DNA of 64,000 nt from Burkholderiaceae bacterium (GCA_045106815.1 JBGCFG010000005.1:30507-94506); one strand, 5' to 3'; positions 19,507-29,304 are shown, counted from the first letter of the stretch. Numbers and translations are program-made. The notes: generated from the letters alone by a model not told the origin.

Positions 19507-20408
19507 CAACGTACATGCCAAGCATCGGTCATTGGTTTTGCGCCGACTAGTTCGCCGTAGCCAGCACCCGTCGTGCCACTCGGATTAGGTCCGAAATACC
19601 GAGGGTCCTGAGGGGCTGCGGCCGGTTGATATCTAACATCACAGCTCAGCCGACATTTCCCGTCCGGGTCGGTATTATCAAAGGTGCCATGCAGCGTGTG
19701 CATGCCAAACACGACGATGTCGCCGGCGGCAAAGTCGGTCGTGAGTAACTGCGTGCTGTGTTTAGACGCGTAGTCTCGCGGCGTCTGGACTAGCGCGGCT
19801 TGTCGGTTCGTGTCACGGGCGACATCAAAGTCTTTGTAGTGAGCTTGTACAGAGGGATCTTGATGACTCCCCGCGACGATAAACAGCGGACCAAGAGAAA
19901 CTGGCACATCACTCAGCGCGATCCACACCGTGACAACATCGGTTGTTTCACGCGTAAAGAATGGCGCATCACAGTGCAAGTGGGTGAACTTGCCCGGATT
20001 CGTCGGCCGCAAAAAGACATAGTCCTGAGCCCGCGCCGACTCTCCCAATATACGACCGGCAAGATTATGCAGATCAGTCCCGTGACTGATCCGGCGCAAT
20101 GACCACTGCTCGCTAACCGAGCGCCAAAACACGCCAAGATCCTTGGCCTTTTCTCGGCGTTCGCTCTTGCCGCTAAAAATTCCGTGAGCCGGCTCACCGA
20201 CAATTTCCCCGACCGCTGCGAGCGAACTAAAAACATCCGTCCGAGTCCTCTTGACTTCTTCCGGATCAAAGAAGCGGCGAAAGAACAGATAACCCTCAGC
20301 GGCAATTCTCTTGTTAAGCGTTTCCGCGCTACCGATATCCGCCAAGCTGTCTCGCAGGGGAGCAATGAGATCTTTGCTAACGCACTGGCCTTGGGCGATT
20401 GGGGTCAT
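19506..20408 (-). CDS. Phytanoyl-CoA dioxygenase (PhyH) family Fe(II)/2-oxoglutarate oxygenase
   Basis: The N-terminus is MTPIAQGQ...EGYLFFRRFFDPEEV. A HxD...H facial triad is plausible (HLHCDAPF ... HTLHGTFDN). The ATG at 20408 was chosen over the longer track ORF. Confidence 0.6.
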   Translation of the reverse strand: MTPIAQGQCVSKDLIAPLRDSLADIGSAETLNKRIAAEGYLFFRRFFDPEEVKRTRTDVFSSLAAVGEIVGEPAHGIFSGKSERREKAKDLGVFWRSVSEQWSLRRISHGTDLHNLAGRILGESARAQDYVFLRPTNPGKFTHLHCDAPFFTRETTDVVTVWIALSDVPVSLGPLFIVAGSHQDPSVQAHYKDFDVARDTNRQAALVQTPRDYASKHSTQLLTTDFAAGDIVVFGMHTLHGTFDNTDPDGKCRLSCDVRYQPAAAPQDPRYFGPNPSGTTGAGYGELVGAKPMTDAWHVR

Positions 20409-20652
20409 TGAGGACAAACAAACGATTGGTAGGAATTGAGTGTAACGCCTGGGCTCAATCAAGCACTGCCCCGGTTGGACTGGCATGCAGGCTTTGATGC
20501 ACCGGAAATATTCATGTGAACATTGTCATGTCTACCCTCTCAACTCAAGTCTTGCCCGGTACGAAACTGCTGGCCGGCGTGGATTTTCTGATAATCGTTG
20601 GGGCGGGTACACTGTTCGCGAGGAGACATCACATCGCGGGCAGTTAGTTCAA

Positions 20653-21435
20653 ATGAACAACCAAATGACATCGCGGCAGGCCCGGATTCACGAGCTGTTG
20701 CAACGCAACAGTTTTCTCGCCGTGGACGCCCTGGCCGACCAATTCGAAGTGACGACGCAGACCATTCGGCGAGATCTCAATGGTTTGTGCGATTTGGGCC
20801 TGGCTCGGCGGCGTCATGGCGGCATTGAGAAACAAGTCACCGGCGGTAATCTGGCCTATACCGCCCGCCAGGCGATGAGCCAACCTGCCAAGCAAGCGAT
20901 CGCTCGCGCCGTTGCCGGGCATGTCACCAATGGTGCGTCACTGTCGTTCGGTATTGGCACAACGCCCGCCACAGTCGCACAAGCACTGGTGGACCACGCA
21001 AAGTTACGGATCTACACCAACAATCTCACGATTGCTCTGGCCGCAACTACCAACGACAGCTTTGAAGTCCATGTCGCTGGCGGGCGGGTTCGTAACAGCG
21101 ACCAGGACATCATCGGCGCAGATGTTGAAGCCTTCTTCGCCTCCTTCAAGACTGATTTTGGGGTATTCGGTGTGGCCGGCGTCGATGAAGAAGGATGCTT
21201 GTTGGACTTTTCGGTTGAGGAAGTGCGTACACGCGAAGCCATCCGGCGCAATTGCCGTCGATCATTGTTGGTTCTGGATAGCAGTAAATTTGGCCGGGCA
21301 GCACCGGTGCGGGGCGGCTGGATCTATGACGCCGACATGGTGTTCTGTGATTCTCACCCACCCGAGACGCTGGCCCGCACCCTAACAAACAATGGCTGCG
21401 CGCTCATCGTGGCCGACGAACAGGCGGACAGATGA
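20653..21435 (+). CDS. DeoR/GlpR family transcriptional regulator
   Basis: MNNQMTSRQARIHELLQRNSFLAVDALADQFEVTTQTIRRDLNGLCDLGLARRRHGG is a DeoR HTH, followed by a C-terminal sugar-phosphate sensor domain. The ATG at 20653 gives the canonical N-terminus. Confidence 0.85.
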   Translation: MNNQMTSRQARIHELLQRNSFLAVDALADQFEVTTQTIRRDLNGLCDLGLARRRHGGIEKQVTGGNLAYTARQAMSQPAKQAIARAVAGHVTNGASLSFGIGTTPATVAQALVDHAKLRIYTNNLTIALAATTNDSFEVHVAGGRVRNSDQDIIGADVEAFFASFKTDFGVFGVAGVDEEGCLLDFSVEEVRTREAIRRNCRRSLLVLDSSKFGRAAPVRGGWIYDADMVFCDSHPPETLARTLTNNGCALIVADEQADR

Positions 21436-22481
21436 GCCGGGTTGAGATCAGCCGGGTTGAGAAGTCATGGGGCGACTTTAAGGCGCTCAATGATGTGTCC
21501 TTTGACGTGGCCGAGCAGTCACTAACCGTTTTGCTTGGTCCCTCGGGTTGCGGCAAGTCAACCTTGCTCCGCCTGATTGCCGGGCTGGATACCGCAACCG
21601 GGGGCCAAATCATGATCGGGCCTAGAGATGTCACTCATCTTGATGCGTCCAAGCGTGGTGTCTCGATGGTGTTTCAGTCTTATGCCTTGTTTCCACACTT
21701 GACTGTTCGCGAGAACATCTTGTTTGGTCTAAAAGTGCGACGAGTCAGTCGCAAAGACCGCGATAAGCGACTGTTAGAGGCCGCCGAAACTGTTGGTCTC
21801 GATGCATTGCTGGACCGAAAACCCGCCAATCTGTCAGGCGGTCAGCGCCAGCGGGTCGCACTGGCCAGAACCATTGTGTCTCAGCAACCGGTTTGCCTGA
21901 TGGACGAGCCGCTATCAAACCTGGACGCCAAGCTACGCGCCGAGATGCGCGACGAGATTCGTGACCTACAGCGTCAACTGGGCCTGACCATGATCTATGT
22001 CACCCATGATCAAGTTGAGGCTATGTCCATGGCTGATCAGATTGTCTTGCTCAAGGATGGCTCCATCGAACAAATCGGCACACCGCATGAACTCTATGAA
22101 ACGCCGCAATCAGTCTTTGTCGCGCGATTTATTGGCGTGCCTCCTATGAACGTCGTCGCCCTGGATGACAAACTCAAGGCGCAGCTTAGTATTTCGCAGT
22201 CTAGCGACGTGAGCTTTATCGGTGTTCGCCCCGAGCAACTACAAATGCGTCCACAGGGGCTTGAGCTCAGTGTTCGCTCGATTGACTATCTTGGCGGCGA
22301 AACAGTGATTAGAGCTGTGATTGATGCTGCAGGGAAAAAACAGGACGTGTTTGTCAAAGTTGCAGGGCGAACCAATATGAAAGCCGGGGAACAATTTTTT
22401 GTTGGTGGCGCCAATGACGATTTGCACTTCTTTAATCACGACGGTCAGGCAACGACTGCCTCAGTCACGTCCACAAGTTAA
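21432..22481 (+). CDS. Carbohydrate/glycerol-phosphate-type ABC transporter ATP-binding protein (UgpC/MalK family)
   Basis: It has Walker A GPSGCGKST, signature LSGGQRQRV, Walker B LMDEPLSNLD and a C-terminal TOBE-like regulatory domain. An ATGA overlap joins it to the DeoR gene. Confidence 0.9.
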   Translation: MSRVEISRVEKSWGDFKALNDVSFDVAEQSLTVLLGPSGCGKSTLLRLIAGLDTATGGQIMIGPRDVTHLDASKRGVSMVFQSYALFPHLTVRENILFGLKVRRVSRKDRDKRLLEAAETVGLDALLDRKPANLSGGQRQRVALARTIVSQQPVCLMDEPLSNLDAKLRAEMRDEIRDLQRQLGLTMIYVTHDQVEAMSMADQIVLLKDGSIEQIGTPHELYETPQSVFVARFIGVPPMNVVALDDKLKAQLSISQSSDVSFIGVRPEQLQMRPQGLELSVRSIDYLGGETVIRAVIDAAGKKQDVFVKVAGRTNMKAGEQFFVGGANDDLHFFNHDGQATTASVTSTS

Positions 22482-22535
22482 TCAATCGACCTGTTTCCGA
22501 AAAGCAGGCAATACAACCCGTAAGGAGAAGACAAT

Positions 22536-23816
22536 ATGATCCGCAACTTGAGAAAGGCATTTGCCGGTGCCTTGACGGCCGCATCGCTTGGCATCTTTGC
22601 CAACTCGGCCACCGCAGCAACCGAACTCACGATGTACTACCCCGTTGCGGTAGGTGGGCCATTGACGAGCATCGTAGATGGCCTGGTTGATGGCTTCATG
22701 AAAGAAAACCCTGACATTAAAGTTAACGCGATCTATGCGGGCAACTACAACGATGCCCGAATCAAAGCACTGGCAGCGCTCAAGGCGGGTGAGCCGGCGC
22801 AATTATCTGTGTTGTTTTCCATCGACCTGTATGAGTTGATTGAGCAGGATGCGATTGTCCCATTTGACGATCTGGTCAAGACCGATGAAGAAAAGGCCTG
22901 GCTCAAGTCCTTCTACCCCACCCTAATGGAAAACGGACGGACAGCCGACAAGACCTGGGGTGTCCCGTTCCAGCGCTCAACCATCGTGATGTATTACAAC
23001 AAAGACATGTTCAAAGCCGCCGGCCTTGATCCTGAGAAAGCGCCCGCGACATGGGACGACCTCATCGCGGCGGGTAAAAAACTCACGAAAGATGACGGCT
23101 CGCAATGGGGCTTGATGATTCCATCAACTGGCTACCCCTACTGGATGTTTGGTGCGCTCGCTATGCAAAGCGGTCAAACACTGATGGCCTCATCCGGAGA
23201 TAAAACCAATTTTGATGCACCCGGCACGATCAAGGCATTGGAATTCTGGCGCTCGCTTGGCAGCGAACATAAAGTGATGCCTGAAGGTGTCATTGAATGG
23301 GGCACATTGCGCAAGAACTTCCTGGAAGGTAAGACAGCGATGATGTGGCACTCAACCGGTAACCTAACGGCGGTTAAGAAGAATGCGAAGTTTGATTTTG
23401 GTGTCGCCATGCTGCCAGCGGGCGAGCGACGCGGTACCCCAACGGGTGGCGGTAACTTCTACATCTTCAAAGATACCTCTGCTGAAGAGAAGGCAGCTTC
23501 GCTCAAATTGATCCGCTACATGACCGACCCTGCACGCTCGGCCGAATGGTCCGTTAAAACCGGCTACATGGGTATCAGTGCCGATGCCTACAAAACAGAG
23601 CAACTACAAAAGTACGTGGTCGACTTTCCGCCGGCAGCCGTGGCGCGCGACCAATTAGAGTTTGCCACCGCCGAGCTAGCGACGTTTCAGGCTGGTCGAA
23701 TTCGCAAAGCACTAGACGATGCGATTCAGGCAACCCTGACCGGTAGCAAACCTGCCAAAGATGCGCTCACCTCTGCTCAAGCCGAGGCAGATCGTCTACT
23801 CAAAGCGTATCGCTAA
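22536..23816 (+). CDS. ABC transporter extracellular solute-binding protein (family 1, UgpB-like)
   Basis: It has the signal peptide MIRNLRKAFAGALTAASLGIFANSATAA. It is a 426-aa family-1 SBP-type sequence in an operon with MalFG-type permeases. Confidence 0.8.
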   Translation: MIRNLRKAFAGALTAASLGIFANSATAATELTMYYPVAVGGPLTSIVDGLVDGFMKENPDIKVNAIYAGNYNDARIKALAALKAGEPAQLSVLFSIDLYELIEQDAIVPFDDLVKTDEEKAWLKSFYPTLMENGRTADKTWGVPFQRSTIVMYYNKDMFKAAGLDPEKAPATWDDLIAAGKKLTKDDGSQWGLMIPSTGYPYWMFGALAMQSGQTLMASSGDKTNFDAPGTIKALEFWRSLGSEHKVMPEGVIEWGTLRKNFLEGKTAMMWHSTGNLTAVKKNAKFDFGVAMLPAGERRGTPTGGGNFYIFKDTSAEEKAASLKLIRYMTDPARSAEWSVKTGYMGISADAYKTEQLQKYVVDFPPAAVARDQLEFATAELATFQAGRIRKALDDAIQATLTGSKPAKDALTSAQAEADRLLKAYR

Positions 23817-23832
23817 GCACTGAGCTCGCGAC

Positions 23833-24708
23833 ATGCATCACCCCATGAGGCATGTTTACGGATGGCTGCTGCTAACCCCAGCAGCCATCCTGCTCATCGC
23901 GTTCACGCATTACCCGACTGTTCTCACGCTAGTTAATAGCTTCTACAGCAAGGGCTCGGTCATACGACCATCAAAATTCATTGGGCCGGCGAACTATGAG
24001 TCAATGATCGCCGACCCGGTGTTTTGGAAGGTCCTTGTTAACAACCTGTGGTTTGCAGTTGGTACGATTCCCACCTCGATTGCGCTGGCCATCGTCATGG
24101 CCTTACTTGTCAACCGAGCCCTCCCCGGCCGCGCGCTCATTCGGATGGCTTACTTCACGCCAACCGTGTTACCCATGATTGCCGTTGCCAACATCTGGCT
24201 GTTCTTTTACAGCCCTGACATTGGTTTGATTGACCAGATTCTGACTGGTCTTGGCTTTTCAGGGCACAACTGGCTGGGCGATCCAGACACCGTGCTGGGC
24301 GCAATTATCGTCATGACTGTCTGGAAAGAAGCCGGCTTTTTCATGATCTTTTATTTGGCAGGCCTGCAAACGATTTCTCCTGAGTTGGCCGAGGCCGCCC
24401 GACTCGAGGGCGCCTCACGCTGGTACTACTTCAGGCGGGTCTTGTTCCCATTGTTGCTGCCGACAACTCTGTTCGTGTTTATCAACGCAACGCTTAACTC
24501 ATTCAAACTGGTTGATCACCTGTTCGTGCTCACAAAAGGCGGGCCCGACAACGCGAGTAATTTGCTGCTTTACTACATCTATGAGAATGCCTTTTCTTAC
24601 TTCGACACCAACTACGCGGCGGCCTTAACAGTGGTGATGCTTGCCGCCCTGGCCATTGCTGCGCTGATACAGTTTTTTGTACTGGATAAACGGATTCACT
24701 ACCGATGA
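23833..24708 (+). CDS. Sugar-type ABC transporter permease (UgpA/MalF-like)
   Basis: It has six TM segments and the EAA loop PELAEAARLEGASRWYYFRRVLFPLL. Confidence 0.85.
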   Translation: MHHPMRHVYGWLLLTPAAILLIAFTHYPTVLTLVNSFYSKGSVIRPSKFIGPANYESMIADPVFWKVLVNNLWFAVGTIPTSIALAIVMALLVNRALPGRALIRMAYFTPTVLPMIAVANIWLFFYSPDIGLIDQILTGLGFSGHNWLGDPDTVLGAIIVMTVWKEAGFFMIFYLAGLQTISPELAEAARLEGASRWYYFRRVLFPLLLPTTLFVFINATLNSFKLVDHLFVLTKGGPDNASNLLLYYIYENAFSYFDTNYAAALTVVMLAALAIAALIQFFVLDKRIHYR

Positions 24709-25553
24709 GCCGGCATTCAGACAGTCACTCCACAATGCCTGGCGCATCCCATTGGACAACGGCGATTGAAACTCTGGCTGCTTGGCTAATCGCCTTGCTC
24801 TGGGTCTCACCATTGCTATACGCGTTCTGGGCCGCCTTTCACGCGCCTGAGTTTGCGATTCATTTTGATCTCTTTGCGCCACTTACACTTGAGAACTTTC
24901 GTAGCGCGCTGGCGCAGGCACCCTTCTGGCAATACGGTCTCAATACCTTTACGTTGATCGCCATCCTGCTGCCTGCTCAGTTAGTGTTAGCCACACTGGC
25001 TGCCTACGCGTTTGCGCGCTATGAGTTTTGGGGGTCAAACGTCGCGTTCGTGTTGGTTTTGGCACAACTGATGATCACACCGGAAATTCTCATCGTTGAG
25101 AACTACACGTCACTGGCCAAACTCGGCCTGGTCGATACGATTACCGGTATCGCGCTGCCATACATGGCCAGTGCATTTGGCATTTTCTTGTTGCGCCAGA
25201 CATTCAAATCAACCCCCAAAGAGCTGGAGGAAGCGGCGCGGCTTGAGGGGTGTTCGTCGCTGGGCGTGCTCTGGCGGGTTTATGTTCCTTTGGCAAGACC
25301 CACTTATCTGGCGTTTGCACTCGTGTCTGTTAGCCACCATTGGAATAACTTTCTCTGGCCGCTGGTCGTGACCAATTCAGTAGACACCCGACCACTCACC
25401 GTCGGCCTCGGCGTTTTCGGTGCGCCGGAATCGGGCGTCGATTGGTCAGTTGTGTCAGCCGCTACTTTGTTGTCTGTTGCACCCTTGTTGGTTGCGTTCA
25501 TCTTGTTTCAACGACAGTTCGTTCAGTCTTTCATGCAAGCAGGTATCAAATGA
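24705..25553 (+). CDS. Sugar-type ABC transporter permease (UgpE/MalG-like)
   Basis: It has the EAA loop ELEEAARLEGCSSLGVLWRVYVPLARP. Its start overlaps the previous stop. Confidence 0.85.
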   Translation: MSRHSDSHSTMPGASHWTTAIETLAAWLIALLWVSPLLYAFWAAFHAPEFAIHFDLFAPLTLENFRSALAQAPFWQYGLNTFTLIAILLPAQLVLATLAAYAFARYEFWGSNVAFVLVLAQLMITPEILIVENYTSLAKLGLVDTITGIALPYMASAFGIFLLRQTFKSTPKELEEAARLEGCSSLGVLWRVYVPLARPTYLAFALVSVSHHWNNFLWPLVVTNSVDTRPLTVGLGVFGAPESGVDWSVVSAATLLSVAPLLVAFILFQRQFVQSFMQAGIK

Positions 25554-26404
25554 CTTCGGTGCTAACTTGGAACATTCAAAACGGCTTGGGGGTTAACGGC
25601 GACCGCTCGCTGGAGAGAATCGCCCAGGTCATTCACAGTCACGGCGACCCCGATGTTTTGTGCCTTCAGGAAGTTTCTCGGCACCTCGTGCTCGATCACG
25701 GGGTTGCAGCACCTGATCAGGTTTCTGAACTTGCTCAATTGTTTCCTGAGTATGAACCGGTGTTTGGGGCCGCTTATGACATCGTCCAGCGAGACAACGG
25801 ACAGCGCGCACAATACGGCAATCTGATTCTCAGTCGCTTACCCGTTCTGTCGCGCTTTTCGCATCCCTTGCCGCAACCGCCTTGCGGCGGAGAAATGCAG
25901 ATGCCCCGGCAAGCGATGGAAGTAAGCGTCATGGCTCATGACGGGCCGCTGCGAGTGATGACGACACATCTTGCGTTTCATTCGGCAACTGAGCGCCTCG
26001 CCCAGATTAAGGCCTTCAAGAGCATCCATGAAGCGATTGTGCAAGTCGCGGAGCATCCACCCAAGCAACTATCAAGTGGCCCGTATCAGGCGTTCGATCG
26101 AGCCAGTCGCGCTGTCTTGTGTGGTGACTTCAACTGTCTGCCTGAGTCCGACGAGTGGACAGAGTTGTTTGAGACTGCGCCAACTTCCAAAGCGCGCTTA
26201 CAAGATGCCTGGCGAGTTCTCTCAGGAGAGACTCCGCATAAACCCACTTGTGGCATTTTTGATCAAACTCAATGGCCTCAAGGTGGGCACTGCCGTGACT
26301 ACTTTGCCGTTGGTGGCGAACTGGCTAGCCAGATAATAGGCATGGTGACTGACACAAACACTGACGCTTCTGATCACCAACCCATTCGCCTTACGCTGAG
26401 CTAG
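25550..26404 (+). CDS. Endonuclease/exonuclease/phosphatase (EEP) family protein
   Basis: MTSVLTWNIQNGLG...DVLCLQEV...GDFNCLPESDEW...NTDASDHQPIRL shows the EEP catalytic motifs (N..E, D.N, SDH). An ATGA overlap joins it to the permease gene. Confidence 0.7.
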   Translation: MTSVLTWNIQNGLGVNGDRSLERIAQVIHSHGDPDVLCLQEVSRHLVLDHGVAAPDQVSELAQLFPEYEPVFGAAYDIVQRDNGQRAQYGNLILSRLPVLSRFSHPLPQPPCGGEMQMPRQAMEVSVMAHDGPLRVMTTHLAFHSATERLAQIKAFKSIHEAIVQVAEHPPKQLSSGPYQAFDRASRAVLCGDFNCLPESDEWTELFETAPTSKARLQDAWRVLSGETPHKPTCGIFDQTQWPQGGHCRDYFAVGGELASQIIGMVTDTNTDASDHQPIRLTLS

Positions 26405-27794
26405 CTGATCTGATGAACTGCTGAAGCTTGTTCATTGCAGGCACTGAATTGTCCCGCAGTTTGCTCAAGATTCTCTGTTTGACTTCGTCGTCTTTGGGCA
26501 CCCCAGACATCAACACCGTAAAGCCATCAAGCCGGTTCGTCTTGAGCCACGGCTTTATATCGTCAGCTTGTGACCACAAGTATTGGTTCATCATGCCGGC
26601 GGCCGTAAAGCGAACAAAATCAATGTCCTTGTCAGGCGGAGGCAACACACCACAAAGCTGATTTTTTTCGGCGTCTGTGCGCTCACTCGCTTCAATGAAG
26701 GCGATGAACGACGCGCTGAATACAGGCTGATAGGCACGGACCAACTGTGGCGTTATGCGTCTGCTCTCAAAGATTGGTTTAGGCGGGCGTAGCGTAATGG
26801 CACTTGCGGTGCAATCAATATGCACCTGATCAACACTTGTTGGGATACTCCCATCGGCAAGCTCGATCTTTGTTGCGGTCAGATGTTTGACGCGTCCTAA
26901 CCTGACAACCTGCTTTATCTTTCGAATTTCCGACAGTTCGGCCTGACTGATTGTGGCTGCATGAAACATGCTGGGCCGCACGCTTGGGTCTAGTCGCAGG
27001 AAGTAACCTCCTGCTTCAAGCCGATCAAACATGTCGTCAATTGATTCAGCCTCAGCGATCGCCTGCATTTGCGTGGCGATATTGCCAATACTGTATTCGA
27101 AGAACTCCTTGTCTGGCTGCGCATTGCGCCGATCTAAGAGCCAGGCGTCGCGAGGCATGATCCATCGAATGCTGTCTGGAGTGACACCGTTTTGCAGCAG
27201 CCACAAACAAGTATCAATACCTGTCTTGCCCCCGCCGATGACGACATAGCCACCGGCAGGTTTCGTCAGCCGGGGCAGTTCGTTTGGCGGCACGAAATGA
27301 ACATCATCATCAATCTGAAAGTTCGGCGTATGAGTACTGGGAATAGAGGGCATGTGATAGGCAGCATCAACGACTCTCTTTTTCACCTCAACAGTGTATT
27401 GCTCACCCGATAGAAGCGCTGTAAATCGCCCCTCTTCGTTGACATTGCACATGGGAAAGTACTGCACACGACCACTCGGCAAAAAGCGATGCTGCATCAA
27501 TTGCTCGTAGTAGCCGCACACCTGCGCACCAGTTGCCAGATCGAACAAGCCCTTGTTAAGCCCAACCTCATCTTTTTGCCCTGTGCCCAATTCAAGCGAC
27601 TGCACGCCATAAAACTGCGATGGCTGATGCAGCGTGACGAATGGGTAAGCCATGTTCCAGTGACCCCCTGGTTTGTGCTGGCGGTCCACCATAATCACCG
27701 TGGCATCTGACTCGGCAAGCAAAGTGTCAGTAAACGCCATGCCAACCGCACCCGCGCCAATGACGAGATAATCAGCTTTGAGGGTATTGGCCAT
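26391..27794 (-). CDS. FAD/NAD(P)-binding flavoprotein, class-B monooxygenase-like
   Basis: It has two dinucleotide-binding motifs: DYLVIGAGAVGMAF near the N-terminus and YVVIGGGKTGIDT in the middle. The ATG is at 27794 (MANTLKADY). Confidence 0.6.
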   Translation of the reverse strand: MANTLKADYLVIGAGAVGMAFTDTLLAESDATVIMVDRQHKPGGHWNMAYPFVTLHQPSQFYGVQSLELGTGQKDEVGLNKGLFDLATGAQVCGYYEQLMQHRFLPSGRVQYFPMCNVNEEGRFTALLSGEQYTVEVKKRVVDAAYHMPSIPSTHTPNFQIDDDVHFVPPNELPRLTKPAGGYVVIGGGKTGIDTCLWLLQNGVTPDSIRWIMPRDAWLLDRRNAQPDKEFFEYSIGNIATQMQAIAEAESIDDMFDRLEAGGYFLRLDPSVRPSMFHAATISQAELSEIRKIKQVVRLGRVKHLTATKIELADGSIPTSVDQVHIDCTASAITLRPPKPIFESRRITPQLVRAYQPVFSASFIAFIEASERTDAEKNQLCGVLPPPDKDIDFVRFTAAGMMNQYLWSQADDIKPWLKTNRLDGFTVLMSGVPKDDEVKQRILSKLRDNSVPAMNKLQQFIRSASSA

Positions 27795-27863
27795 AAGGTG
27801 CACGCTCCTGAAGTCGATGAGGTCTGACAGGCAAGCCCTGCCAAGCGCTGCATCTTAAGGGAT

Positions 27864-29255
27864 TCACGACATCCATACCGGCTCATGTGTGCCGAGTTGG
27901 CTTGCGCCTGTCTCCCAATGCATTGGCACCTTGCTCACGTCTATTGCCGGCTTGAGTCGCTTTGCCGGCCCCCAGGTGGTTTGTTCAGTTGCGGGTGAGT
28001 AGTCATCCGATGAAAACGCCTTAATGGTTTCACTGCCATCATCCGCGTTTTCTTGTAAGTGGCCAAATAGCAATGCCGCCGTTCTGGCTAGCGACAGCCG
28101 GGCAGTCAAACCGTGGCCCGATTCGCGCCTTCTCGTGAGTCCTTCAATCGCGCTGGCAGCCATAAGAAAACCAGTGGCATAGTCAAGCGCCTGGACGGGC
28201 AAAGGCACAGGCGAATCAACACCGCGCCAGCGCATACCCAGTTCGGCAATGCCGCTACTCATTTGCACCAGGCTGTCAAAGCCGCGCCTGTGTGCCCAGG
28301 GTCCTTGCCACCCGTATGCATTGAGACAAACATCCACCAGGCCCGGACGAATAGCGCGACGCGTTGCGCCATCCAGGCCGAGCCGCTCCAGGGCGTCGGC
28401 TCGATAACCATGGACCAGCACGTCAGCTTGGCTCAGTAAGCTTTGAAATTGCGCCTGTCCTGCTTCGGTGCGCAGATTCAGCCGCGCGCAGCGCTTGCCC
28501 AGCGTGACGTCGGGTACGACCGCTGGCTCATCCCAGTCCAGCGGGTCGAGCCGCAAGACTTGTGCGCCATAGCCCGCCAGTAGGCGCGTGGCGACCGGCC
28601 CGGCCAGGACTCGAGTCAGGTCAAGGACCTTCACGCCATGCAGCGGTCTACTGACAGGCGCCGGATCAGGCTTGCTCTGGTGCGTACTAAGCTCATCTGT
28701 CTGAAGGTCAATGAGTGGCTCATGATTGACGACCGAACCCTGTGGATGCAATTGCCATTGGGATGCCGCCAGCATGCGCGCCGCGCAGCCACCCGCTTGG
28801 ACAATGCTTGTTTCCAATTCTTCTCCTTGCCATTGGGCAACTGCGCTGGCCATCGCCGCTTTGTCATCGTGCGCGCCGAGTACGCGCTGAGCGGCCGCAC
28901 GATGCAAAGGCGCATTCGTGTGCAGGCGTATCCAGCCATCACGGCATCGATAGTCCCCGGCGATTGAATCCCACGGACCGGGTATTTCCCAGCCGAGTGG
29001 TCTGATCGTTGGCTGAAACCAGCCCGAAGCAAGCCGCCGATCGATCGTGACCGAAGGGGCCGATTGGTGAGTCGCTTCGATCAATCGCCTTAACACCAGC
29101 GCGACGGTAGCCTGACTGGCCGCTGCGAGTTCAGTGACAGGAAAGCGTGATTCGAGCGCCCCGTCTCCGGTAAAGCGCAAAACGTCAGCAGGGGGCGGTT
29201 GCAAGCCCAGCGCCGCTAGACATTCCGTTGTTATTTCGATCGCTAACTGTGTCAT
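27864..29255 (-). CDS. Family III CoA-transferase (CaiB/BaiF-type) with atypical domain order
   Basis: The hallmark N-terminal motif VKVLDLTRVLAGPVATRLLAGYGAQVLRLD starts only at about residue 208. The catalytic-Asp region is VQALDYATGFLMAASAIEGL. Residues 1-200 (DYRCRDGWIRLHTN...) resemble the small domain that is normally internal. Confidence 0.75.
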   Translation of the reverse strand: MTQLAIEITTECLAALGLQPPPADVLRFTGDGALESRFPVTELAAASQATVALVLRRLIEATHQSAPSVTIDRRLASGWFQPTIRPLGWEIPGPWDSIAGDYRCRDGWIRLHTNAPLHRAAAQRVLGAHDDKAAMASAVAQWQGEELETSIVQAGGCAARMLAASQWQLHPQGSVVNHEPLIDLQTDELSTHQSKPDPAPVSRPLHGVKVLDLTRVLAGPVATRLLAGYGAQVLRLDPLDWDEPAVVPDVTLGKRCARLNLRTEAGQAQFQSLLSQADVLVHGYRADALERLGLDGATRRAIRPGLVDVCLNAYGWQGPWAHRRGFDSLVQMSSGIAELGMRWRGVDSPVPLPVQALDYATGFLMAASAIEGLTRRRESGHGLTARLSLARTAALLFGHLQENADDGSETIKAFSSDDYSPATEQTTWGPAKRLKPAIDVSKVPMHWETGASQLGTHEPVWMS

Positions 29256-29304
29256 CGCGAGCTCCTAAAAGTTTTTTGCAAGATCAAGTTTTAAGGTGGA
29301 GCAT

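Noticed and set aside
7891-20408. The HD-domain (PhnZ-like) protein at 7891..8481 and the PhyH-like dioxygenase at 19506..20408 as a PhnY/PhnZ phosphonate-cleavage pair.
   Set aside because: The two genes are 11 kb apart and separated by unrelated operons (metH, FAH/Ldh, ABC trio). There is no evidence of functional linkage from this window.
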